Positions 8,634-15,597 of a stretch of 24,366 nt of DNA are shown piece by piece. The first letter of the stretch is position 1. Each line of letters starts with the position of its first letter. This DNA comes from an uncultured Candidatus Saccharibacteria bacterium. GTDB taxonomy: Bacteria; Patescibacteriota; CAZHWT01. The notes under the pieces were generated by a model that made no database searches, was not told the DNA's origin, and was given only the letters and a program-made list of their open reading frames with translations. Where the stretch lies: positions 57,113 through 81,478 of the forward strand of contig CAZQWH010000003.1 of assembly GCA_964597145.1 (NCBI GenBank), given 5' to 3'. A program made the translations under genes and the position numbers.

Positions 8634-8697
8634 ATGCTCACAATTGAATTTATAGCAACAATACGCTCGTGTAAGAACTGATTTCGAAATATATCCC

Positions 8698-8715
8698 ATC
8701 ACCCACCCCATGAAG
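8698..8715 (+). repeat. Degenerate copy of tRNA-His 3' end (ATCACCCACCCCATGAAG)
   Basis: 14/18 match to ATCATCCACCCCAGTAAA of the tRNA. Confidence 0.4.
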
Positions 8716-9043
8716 ATTTCACCATTTATCACACCTGATGGGATGTTTTGACTACAAGGGCCAACTCGGGCAATCTCATAGATATGTAAACCTATATCTG
8801 TTTTATTCCTATACCTTTACTACAATAGTCATCGATTGATCGATTACAGACCTAGTGTTTAGAAGATGTGGAATGACGCTGATTCACCACAGTGAAGTAG
8901 TAGATGTCCTACGATCATTTGCTGTAGCTGGAGATCCAGCTCTACTAGACCTCAGTAATCTTGCGGTTCAGATCGCAATCTGCTGGTGAATTCAACCGAG
9001 AATAACTCAGCTCCACTAAGCACTTTGAGCCACAACACTCTAT

Positions 9044-9070
9044 GGCACCGGGCAAGCACCGGTGCCATTT
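9044..9070 (+). terminator. Hairpin terminator-like structure with no upstream annotated gene
   Basis: GGCACCGG-GCAAGCA-CCGGTGCC then ATTTCTATT; abuts the palindromic element. Confidence 0.4.
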
Positions 9071-9126
9071 CTATTGAGGTCTATTGAGGTTTAACCCCAA
9101 CCCCCTTGTTGGGGTTAAACCTCAAT
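9071..9126. repeat. Long palindromic element, copy 1 (arms CTATTGAGGTCTATTGAGGTTTAACCCCAAC, core CCCCTT)
   Basis: 31-nt left arm with tandem TCTATTGAGG, 19-nt matching right arm; asymmetric 6-bp centre. Confidence 0.6.
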
Positions 9127-9305
9127 TAATACTCAGGCATCTGTCTGAGCTTTATATTTACTGGATTGATGAGCGAGAACCCACCGATTCAGAGCCTTAG
9201 GCAGCCATTCTGTGCCAACGAGCAACAGAATAGGCGAACTAGGCATTTTCACGTAAGTGAAGAACCCCATTATCCACCCTTCCTTAAAATTACAGAGATA
9301 AATTG

Positions 9306-9337
9306 GCATAAATGGCTATTTAAATAGCCATTTATGC
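9306..9337. promoter_or_regulatory. 32-bp perfect palindrome GCATAAATGGCTATTT|AAATAGCCATTTATGC
   Basis: Exact dyad symmetry, 15 bp upstream of an att-like copy; candidate protein-binding site. Confidence 0.4.
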
Positions 9338-9352
9338 TACAGTGCAAAAACA

Positions 9353-9374
9353 ATCATCCACCCAGGTAAATTTT
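9353..9374 (+). repeat. att-like copy of tRNA-His 3' end (ATCATCCACCCAGGTAAATTTT)
   Basis: Matches the tRNA 3' end and the copies at 10000 and 10854, including the TAAATTTTC extension. Confidence 0.6.
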
Positions 9375-9420
9375 CTCCTCTATAATAACTAAACCGACAT
9401 GAGATCATTGTGATCTTACC

Positions 9421-9449
9421 TTGACATAAGACCTATAGTTATATATACT
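9421..9449 (+). promoter_or_regulatory. Promoter TTGACA-N17-TATACT with spacer TAAGACCTATAGTTATA
   Basis: Family member 3. Confidence 0.55.
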
Positions 9450-9507
9450 AATTCTGAACATCTCTTGTTTGGCCTTTTGACGTTTTAACTATTCAAGGAG
9501 TAACCAC

Positions 9508-9906
9508 ATGAGTGTCGTTACAAGTCTGCGAGAAAAGATCGCCTCGGAACAGCATGCTATCTGGTCTCACTGGATGAAGTACATGTTCACTCAGGGGATC
9601 TACAACAAAGACGGCAGTTGGATAATGCCAGCTGAAAAGGTTGAGCGGTGGAGTCGGCAAATGAATACCGACTACGTCGACTTGACCGACAAAGAGCGCG
9701 AAAGTGATCGCGATCAGGCAGATAAAGTGCTTGCAATTGCTGGTGCTAAAGTTATTCCCAAACTTACCGATGAAGAGCTTCAAACTTGGTTCAGCAACTT
9801 GCCTCCAGTGCCGACTGAAGAGGAAGAGGGTCTTGACCGCATTATCAACGATGCATTCCACAAGGTCTTCGGCCGTCCACTTAATCCAAGTGCACGACCG
9901 GAGTAG
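9508..9906 (+). CDS. Hypothetical protein (132 aa), cassette cargo
   Basis: RBS AAGGAG 7 nt upstream, own promoter and terminator; no recognisable domain. Confidence 0.55.
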   Translation: MSVVTSLREKIASEQHAIWSHWMKYMFTQGIYNKDGSWIMPAEKVERWSRQMNTDYVDLTDKERESDRDQADKVLAIAGAKVIPKLTDEELQTWFSNLPPVPTEEEEGLDRIINDAFHKVFGRPLNPSARPE

Positions 9907-9939
9907 ACTCGTAATAAATGCTGGCCTGGGTCAACCCGT

Positions 9940-9966
9940 TGGCGCCCCCTTGGGCGCCATTTTTAT
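9940..9966 (+). terminator. Rho-independent terminator
   Basis: TGGCGCCC-CCTT-GGGCGCCA then TTTTTAT. Confidence 0.7.
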
Positions 9967-9999
9967 ATGCACATTGTTAATAAAGTCCAAACATTGCTC

Positions 10000-10024
10000 A
10001 ACCATCCACCCCAGTAAATTTTCC
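10000..10024 (+). repeat. att-like copy of tRNA-His 3' end; 16-mer CATCCACCCCAGTAAA identical to 7582-7597
   Basis: Exact 16-nt identity with the tRNA-His 3' end and flank. Confidence 0.75.
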
Positions 10025-10239
10025 CACCTTTCCACAGATAATCAAAACCCCATTTCATCATTCACCTTATGGCATATCTGAAAACCCCTTTTAGACAACA
10101 GCCTTGTGGCAAATCGTCAACTAGAACCGCCGTTAGCTGCAAGTTCGTATTTCGGTAGCACTATTGCTTAAAAGTAACTAGTATTAACGCGAATTACGAA
10201 GCTCAATTTATTCCTTTTATAGCAGCAATGAAAACATTT

Positions 10240-10345
10240 GAGTTATCGTCATTGCGAGCGCAGCGCGGCAATCTAGGTTGGATTACACCCCAGGCAGGAT
10301 TGCTTCGTTTCACTCGCAATGACGTAAAATGCAAAATTATCAGAG
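10240..10345. repeat. Structured repeat, copy B (nested inverted repeats CGTCATTGCGAG...CTCGCAATGACG; GCAATC...GATTGC), flanked by GCGAATTACGAA / TTCGTAATTCGC
   Basis: 12-bp outer stem plus inner stem; related to 3336-3440; candidate small structured RNA or MITE-like element. Confidence 0.4.
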
Positions 10346-10556
10346 ATGTAGTTTCGTAATTCGCGTTATTACCTGAATTGTCGTCGTTTTTCTTCTTACA
10401 CCACTATAGTATTCCATATGAGTTTTCAGAGGGCTATCGTTTCACCAGCTATATGGTTCTGAGTCGTCCGCCCAAGGGTAGCTATTTTGTTATAAGGTTG
10501 ATTGTTAACATAGAAAATGTTATAAGAGTTTAGCTGGATACCTTTCTAGCATCCGA

Positions 10557-10580
10557 CGCGTAAGCATATATGCTTACGCG
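10557..10580. promoter_or_regulatory. 24-bp perfect palindrome CGCGTAAGCATATATGCTTACGCG just upstream of the RBS of the small basic protein gene
   Basis: Exact dyad; ends 7 nt before the SD AAGAGGAG. Confidence 0.45.
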
Positions 10581-10600
10581 CAGCAAGAGGAGACGCCGTC

Positions 10601-10777
10601 ATGACTAAGGGTGGCAAGGCGAAACGGAAGGGCTATACGACGATCGGTGAGGTCTTGTTTGGGCCTACGCCAAAGCCCAGCAGCGGACCGCGAAAGAGTA
10701 AGCGGTTCGACAAGTCGAAAAACCATCACGACTCCCGTAAGGGCGGAGGTGGCAACAATACTGGCCGCCGCCGCTAA
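10601..10777 (+). CDS. Small highly basic protein (58 aa, K/R/G-rich), not in the ORF track (<60 aa)
   Basis: ATG 10601 with strong SD AAGAGGAG 8 nt upstream, stop TAA 10775-10777, followed by a terminator; GC-rich; translation MTKGGKAKRKGYTTIGEVLFGPTPKPSSGPRKSKRFDKSKNHHDSRKGGGGNNTGRRR. Confidence 0.5.
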   Translation: MTKGGKAKRKGYTTIGEVLFGPTPKPSSGPRKSKRFDKSKNHHDSRKGGGGNNTGRRR

Positions 10778-10790
10778 CCCACTGCAGCTG

Positions 10791-10830
10791 GCCGTGTTCT
10801 CGAGGAATTTCTCGAGAACACGGCTTTTAC
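10791..10830 (+). terminator. Rho-independent terminator
   Basis: GCCGTGTTCTCGAG-GAATTT-CTCGAGAACACGGC then TTTTAC. Confidence 0.75.
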
Positions 10831-10853
10831 TAAATTCTAAAATTGTCCAACCA

Positions 10854-10875
10854 ATCACCCTCAGTAAAATTTTCC
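10854..10875 (+). repeat. att-like copy of tRNA-His 3' end (ATCACCCTCAGTAAAATTTTCC)
   Basis: Matches the 9353 and 10000 copies; related CCAACCAATCACC(C)TCA recurs at 11616-11630. Confidence 0.55.
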
Positions 10876-10965
10876 TTTTTATCTCATATAGACCTACCGT
10901 CATCTCATTTCTCTTACTGGGATGTTTGAACCTTAACTCGCACGTCCTATCATGGGCTATGATTC

Positions 10966-10995
10966 TTGACACATAGACCCATAGTGTGATATAAG
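10966..10995 (+). promoter_or_regulatory. Promoter TTGACA-N17-ATATAA with spacer CATAGACCCATAGTGTG
   Basis: Family member 4. Confidence 0.5.
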
Positions 10996-11033
10996 TTTCC
11001 TGTGGATTTTGGTCTAGACTGAGAGGAAAGGCG

Positions 11034-11540
11034 ATGCGAATTCCAACCGTTTTCTTTCTATTGATTGTCATGATCGGAGGAGGAGCTTCCGCTTCGGCAC
11101 AAACATCAACTGAAACTCCACTCAATGAATATCCATTGACCTCGGATGGGGCATACAATGCCACCATCCGAATGGTCGACCACGATCACCTATACCAACC
11201 TATGGAGTGTGGAGTATTTTACTTCCTAGCTCCAGATACCGATATAGTCGATTTTCTTGAGGGTCGACCCGAGACCGAAGTAGGCGCGCCTACAGCGTAT
11301 ACCGACCGAGATGGAATTGCCCGGGCTCGCCTTGAGCCTAATGCTAGCGGTGTATCGCGGGACTTCATCGTCCTGTACGGGCCTCTCGAAGATTGCCCAT
11401 CAGGACTCGCCTGGACGACGCTTGATGGGTTCATCAGAGTTGGTTCAGACGGAATCGCTGCATATATTCCATATGATCAGGGATCCAGTAATTTGCCACC
11501 TTTCAACTGGCAACTCGGCGTCCTAACCGTCTACGGTTAA
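11034..11540 (+). CDS. Hypothetical secreted protein with signal peptide
   Basis: MRIPTVFFLLIVMIGGGASASAQTS signal-like N-terminus; RBS GAGAGGAAAGG; GC-rich. Confidence 0.6.
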   Translation: MRIPTVFFLLIVMIGGGASASAQTSTETPLNEYPLTSDGAYNATIRMVDHDHLYQPMECGVFYFLAPDTDIVDFLEGRPETEVGAPTAYTDRDGIARARLEPNASGVSRDFIVLYGPLEDCPSGLAWTTLDGFIRVGSDGIAAYIPYDQGSSNLPPFNWQLGVLTVYG

Positions 11541-11689
11541 CGACACACGCCCGGCTCTTTGTACATCGCTAAGGGCCGGGCGGCTTTCATTTCAAAAGCA
11601 AATTCTCATAGCACCCAACCAATCACCTCATTAAGCTTCGCGTAATTAGATTGAACTACATACATCCCCCAACCATCCTTTCCTAAATT

Positions 11690-11755
11690 CTATTGAGGTC
11701 TATTGAGGTTTAACCCCAACAAGGGGGTTGGGGTTAAACCTCAATAGACCTCAAT
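11690..11755. repeat. Long palindromic element, copy 2 (same arms as 9071-9126, core AAGGGG = reverse complement of copy-1 core)
   Basis: Near-perfect 29-31 nt arms; centre inverted relative to copy 1. Confidence 0.6.
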
Positions 11756-11768
11756 TAAATCAACCTTA

Positions 11769-11798
11769 TTGACGATTTAGCCTATAGCATGATATATT
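11769..11798 (+). promoter_or_regulatory. Promoter TTGACG-N17-TATATT with spacer ATTTAGCCTATAGCATGA
   Basis: Family member 5. Confidence 0.55.
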
Positions 11799-11843
11799 GC
11801 TTCAGTCGATTTTGCGACAGCTGTTTTCACCAAGGAGAGTTTG

Positions 11844-13232
11844 ATGGAAGTCGGTTCGATAATTGGATTGGGCTTCGGCCTAATCGCAACCGTGGCACTC
11901 CTCGCACTTATCATTTTTGTGATTCACCTACGCAAGGTCGTGCCCACCAACATGGTGCACATCGTGCAGTCCGGCACGGCTACGACCAGCTACGGTAAAG
12001 ACATGGCAGCTGGAAACGCGTACTACGCCTGGCCAGCCTCCCTGCCGCGGCTTGGCGTCTCGGTAATCGCGTTGCCAGTTAGCAACTTCGAAGTGCCTCT
12101 TAAAGACTATGATGCGTACGACAAAGATCGTGTGCCATTCATGGTCGACATAACCGCCTTCGTCCATATCGCTAACACAGAGGTGGCTGCCCAACGGGTT
12201 GCCTCATTTGAAGAACTTGAGGCCCAACTTAGGACTATTGTTCAAGGAGCCGTCCGTAAGGTTCTAGCCTCAGATAACATCGACAACATCATGACGCAGC
12301 GCTCAACCTTTGGCGAAGCTTTTACCCAAGAGGTGAGCGATGGGCTGATGCAGTGGGGAGTTGAGACGGTAAAAAGCATGGAGTTGATGGATATCCGGGA
12401 TGCCAAGGAATCACGCGTCATCGCCGATATTATGGCGAAGAAGATCTCGGATATCAATCGAGAGAGCCGAATCGCCGTCGCCACTAACAACCAAGAAGCC
12501 GAAATGGCTGAACTGCGATCGAAACAAGAGGTCGACCTACGCCGCGAGGAAGTTGAGCAGGCTGTTGGTAAGCGCAAAGCCGAGCGCGAACAGGCTGTTG
12601 GTATGGCCAACGAGGTTTCCCGACAAGAAGTCCTGGAGCTGCAAAAAGAGACGACGCAGCGAAACATGGAAGTTAGGAGCATCGAGGAGACCCGTGAGGC
12701 TCAAATTGCCAGCGCTCGCGCCGTCATTCAGGCCGACCAGGAGCGCCAGACCCAGGAGTTGATCGCGCAAGGTCAACTCAAGGCTAAGGAATTTGAAGCC
12801 CAAGGCATCAAGGCCGAAGGCAACGCGCGAGCCGAAGCGGCAACAGCCATGCAGATGGCGCCAGTTGAAGCTCAGGTGGCTCTGGCTAAGGAAATTGGTA
12901 GCAACGAAGGTTACCAGCAGTTCTTGGCCATGAAGCAGGCTTTGGAGACACACCTGGCGGTCGGCACCGAACAGGCTCGTGCATTGCAAGGCGCTGACGT
13001 TAAGGTTATTGCCAACAGCAATAATGCCTCCGGCGGTGTCAGCAATGTCATGGATCTGTTTAGCGGCCAAGGTGGCACGCAACTGGCAGCCATGGTCGAA
13101 GCCTTCGCCCAGTCGGGCCTAGGCAGCAGCTTCTTCGCCTCAATGCTAAATAGCAGCCAGGCGTCAAGCAATTCGGACGTCATGCGCCAAAATGGTTCCG
13201 GAGATACGTCGGAGGTAATTATGCGGCACTAA
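11844..13232 (+). CDS. Flotillin-like SPFH-domain protein (FloT/YqiK family)
   Basis: N-terminal TM, SPFH domain, long Glu/Ala/Gln-rich coiled-coil flotillin region; ATG 11844 with RBS AAGGAGAG (the track start 11841 is TTG); strongly GC-rich. Confidence 0.85.
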   Translation: MEVGSIIGLGFGLIATVALLALIIFVIHLRKVVPTNMVHIVQSGTATTSYGKDMAAGNAYYAWPASLPRLGVSVIALPVSNFEVPLKDYDAYDKDRVPFMVDITAFVHIANTEVAAQRVASFEELEAQLRTIVQGAVRKVLASDNIDNIMTQRSTFGEAFTQEVSDGLMQWGVETVKSMELMDIRDAKESRVIADIMAKKISDINRESRIAVATNNQEAEMAELRSKQEVDLRREEVEQAVGKRKAEREQAVGMANEVSRQEVLELQKETTQRNMEVRSIEETREAQIASARAVIQADQERQTQELIAQGQLKAKEFEAQGIKAEGNARAEAATAMQMAPVEAQVALAKEIGSNEGYQQFLAMKQALETHLAVGTEQARALQGADVKVIANSNNASGGVSNVMDLFSGQGGTQLAAMVEAFAQSGLGSSFFASMLNSSQASSNSDVMRQNGSGDTSEVIMRH

Positions 13233-13260
13233 CATTAGTCGCCGCACACTTGCGACTCAC

Positions 13261-13293
13261 CCCCAGGGAGCAATTCCTGGGGGTTTTCTTTTC
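13261..13293 (+). terminator. Rho-independent terminator
   Basis: CCCCCAGG-GAGCAATT-CCTGGGGG then TTTTCTTTT. Confidence 0.75.
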
Positions 13294-13506
13294 CCACAAC
13301 CCTACATATAGTAATGCGCCAGTTCAAATACCTATAATCTTCGAGTTTACTTACCCATCTATACCCTACGCCATATATTCAACCATTAAATTATGGAAAC
13401 GCATTAGCCTATGAGGAATTCTTTAGACAACGATCTAAAGAATGTGCGATACACGCAACAGCCAGGTTAGCACTACAACGATAGCAATAGCAATGAACTA
13501 TCCGCA

Positions 13507-13566
13507 GGATTTATTTCAAAGAAATAAATCCTATAGTTTGACGTAGTATATAAAATAGTGTATAAC
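13507..13566 (+). promoter_or_regulatory. Promoter region with perfect 11-bp inverted repeat GGATTTATTTC-AAA-GAAATAAATCC overlapping a CCTATAG motif and TATA-rich -10
   Basis: IR at 13507-13531; CCTATAG at 13530-13536; -10 candidates TATATA/TATAAC. Confidence 0.4.
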
Positions 13567-13603
13567 ATCATCAGCTTACAAGCTCAGACCAGAGGAGTGA
13601 GGC

Positions 13604-14239
13604 ATGGAGATTTTGCTGTTGGTCTTTTGCTTACTTATAGGCGGAGGAGGAGTGTACCTGTGGCAAGAACACAGGCGAGACAGGATAGAGCAACAATTTG
13701 TGCTCGTTCCCCGAAGCTCACTGGGTGAGCGCCTCGAAATTTCGACTGGCAGTGGAGAGCTGATGTGCTCTCACTGCAACGGACTTCTCCAGGAAACGGT
13801 TGAAGCAGCATTGCTGATTAGCACCAAACATCCCAACCAGGCAGAGATCAAGGTCTATCGGCATCACGCTTCCAAGCATCCATATGCCGAACGAGTCGGT
13901 TTAGGAGCAGTTTATGTTTACCAAGACTTCATTTTCCCCTTTGTGGTTCCATCAACCACGCGACAGGAAATTGAGGACTGGGTATTTGCTTCTAAAATTA
14001 TTTCGAGTCATGTGGGGTGGATAGACAACCATACTTTAAGAGTCTGGGATCCACTCGCCGACTTCAGGACTGGTCAGGCGGCTGACTATCCCGAAGAGAA
14101 CCGGCTTCTCGATCAAGAGCGTATGGCGGCAGGTCTGCGGCGCATCCTCAGGATTGCTGACCTAAAACTCTATGATCCGAAAGCAGAGGACATTCCTCTC
14201 TCGGCACCGATTTCAACCGTTGAGCTACCTATAGCATAA
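13604..14239 (+). CDS. Hypothetical protein with N-terminal TM helix
   Basis: RBS AGAGGAGTGAGG; 211 aa, no recognised domain. Confidence 0.55.
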   Translation: MEILLLVFCLLIGGGGVYLWQEHRRDRIEQQFVLVPRSSLGERLEISTGSGELMCSHCNGLLQETVEAALLISTKHPNQAEIKVYRHHASKHPYAERVGLGAVYVYQDFIFPFVVPSTTRQEIEDWVFASKIISSHVGWIDNHTLRVWDPLADFRTGQAADYPEENRLLDQERMAAGLRRILRIADLKLYDPKAEDIPLSAPISTVELPIA

Positions 14240-14261
14240 TAGGACAGCTCAACAACCACCC

Positions 14262-14290
14262 GGCGGCTCTTTTAGAGCCGCCCTTTTTAT
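14262..14290 (+). terminator. Rho-independent terminator
   Basis: GGCGGCTC-TTTTA-GAGCCGCC then CTTTTTAT. Confidence 0.7.
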
Positions 14291-14395
14291 AGGCACTCAT
14301 AACGCGCTACAACACCCAGCAAATACAGATAAATTACCAAAGGACGAAAGGCAAAGATAATTAATGGATGTCTCAGTGTTGCAGGCAAAAACCTA

Positions 14396-14424
14396 CCGCT
14401 TGTTCTATACTGCTATGGTATACT
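14396..14424 (+). promoter_or_regulatory. Promoter with CTATACTGCTATGGTATACT (extended -10 TGgTATACT)
   Basis: Related to the family motif (CTATGG variant). Confidence 0.45.
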
Positions 14425-14448
14425 CTTACTATAAACTAAGGAGGGATT

Positions 14449-14778
14449 ATGCCAGATAATTTTGATAACCAGATAGAAGATAGTGGCCAACAAGATTCAA
14501 CCAAGCCGCCACTTTATCCAAATGAACCATACGAAGTCGGCGACGAGGAAATGTCCGAGCTTAACCGGGGTGGCCCAGCCACCGATGACCAAATGGTTGA
14601 ACTAGATGATCCAGCCAACCCCAACCCCGACGACCAAAATACCCGCCATTTAGAAGGACCAACTCAGCACGTAGCCGATGTTGAAACCAAGGAATGGGAA
14701 GATAGAGTTGCTGCGGAACAACGCGACCAAGAGCTGGAAGCTACCGATCAAGGCAACCCAACCAATCCTAATCTTTAG
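14449..14778 (+). CDS. Small, extremely acidic, low-complexity protein (about 29 Asp/Glu in 109 aa)
   Basis: Strong RBS AAGGAGGG 4 nt upstream; predicted disordered and Asp/Glu/Pro/Asn-rich. Confidence 0.55.
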   Translation: MPDNFDNQIEDSGQQDSTKPPLYPNEPYEVGDEEMSELNRGGPATDDQMVELDDPANPNPDDQNTRHLEGPTQHVADVETKEWEDRVAAEQRDQELEATDQGNPTNPNL

Positions 14779-14865
14779 CTAATTAATAGCACAATCTATC
14801 CTTCCGTTCATATATCTACATCATTTTTTGCAGAAAATGCCAAGTACATTGTTCGCCATGCATAC

Positions 14866-14902
14866 CCATTCAGGAAAAGGTGGGAGGCATTTGCCTCCCA
14901 CC
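14866..14902 (-). terminator. Terminator for the minus-strand gene (stem GGTGGGAGGCA/TGCCTCCCACC, U-tract on minus strand)
   Basis: Perfect 11-bp stem, TT loop; minus-strand downstream TTTTCCTG. Confidence 0.6.
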
Positions 14903-14948
14903 ATATGTGTTGCCTTGCAGTAGAGAGGGGGCGGGTAGAAGATGGGGT

Positions 14949-15308
14949 TTAGGGCCGGTATTTGTTGGACGACTCGGCATCATCGAGTGGCTCGGTGTGT
15001 GGGGCAGGACTGGATCCAAGTCCAATTCCTTGCTCATAATCACTTCCGCCACTCATGATGATGTGGCCACTGGTGGTTTCCAGCTGAACGTCGCCATTGG
15101 GAAACATGCTGACCAATTGACTCAGCTGCAGTTGGGTCTCGGTGTCCATAGGCACCGAAAACTGAAAGTAGCTCTCTTCCCAGTCAGGGTCGAGGCTGGC
15201 CAGGTTTTTCTCAATCTTCTGCCGCTGCTTCTCTGAAAGCGAAGTTGTCTGGACCGTGACGACGGCACGGTCGGCGGATTCCTGTCTGGTCTTGTTCTTC
15301 CTGAACAT
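14949..15308 (-). CDS. Hypothetical protein (119 aa), GC-rich
   Basis: RBS AGGAGCACA upstream on minus strand; terminator downstream; no recognised domain. Confidence 0.5.
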   Translation of the reverse strand: MFRKNKTRQESADRAVVTVQTTSLSEKQRQKIEKNLASLDPDWEESYFQFSVPMDTETQLQLSQLVSMFPNGDVQLETTSGHIIMSGGSDYEQGIGLGSSPAPHTEPLDDAESSNKYRP

Positions 15309-15526
15309 TTTGTGTGCTCCTGTGATTCCCTCCTACTCACAATGGCAACTACACCTAATGGTATAATAGCGTTACACTACACTCAAGACACAGGCTAGGC
15401 GAGAGGAGAAGATGAGGATGAGAGATCGGGGGTAGGACTGCTGGACGATTCAACCCAAAATCTGTATAACTCATCACCCCCCTTCAATCTCCAACCTCTT
15501 ATCGTCAATCTCTCGAACTCGCAGTG

Positions 15527-15555
15527 TTTGACAACTACCATTTTCACTTCTATAC
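15527..15555 (+). promoter_or_regulatory. Canonical promoter TTGACA-N17-TATACT
   Basis: Exact consensus -35, 17-bp spacer. Confidence 0.5.
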
Positions 15556-15597
15556 TAGCCAAAACAAAAGGCAAGCACCAAACGAGAGGGGACAAAC

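Noticed and set aside
8866-8990. Possible 38-aa ORF (ATG 8872) in the 8640-9040 non-coding gap upstream of the hairpin at 9044
   Set aside because: Weak RBS, very short, no supporting promoter. It would explain the otherwise orphan terminator, but the evidence is insufficient.
9493-11167. Antisense or overlapping ORFs 9493-9861(-), 9704-10081(+), 10574-11167(-), 10611-10976(+)
   Set aside because: They cross terminators, att-like sites and promoters, lack SD sequences, and overlap better-supported + strand genes (9508-9906, 10601-10777, 11034-11540).
9044-11755. Interpreting the palindromic elements or the tandem TCTATTGAGG repeats as a CRISPR array
   Set aside because: There are only two-unit tandem repeats of 10 bp within palindromes, no regularly spaced repeat-spacer structure and no cas genes.
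11928-13183. Minus-strand ORFs inside the flotillin gene (11928-12194, 12242-12682, 12537-13082, 12911-13183) and + ORF 12400-12762
   Set aside because: These are typical spurious antisense ORFs of a GC-rich coding region. The flotillin frame has clear domain content.
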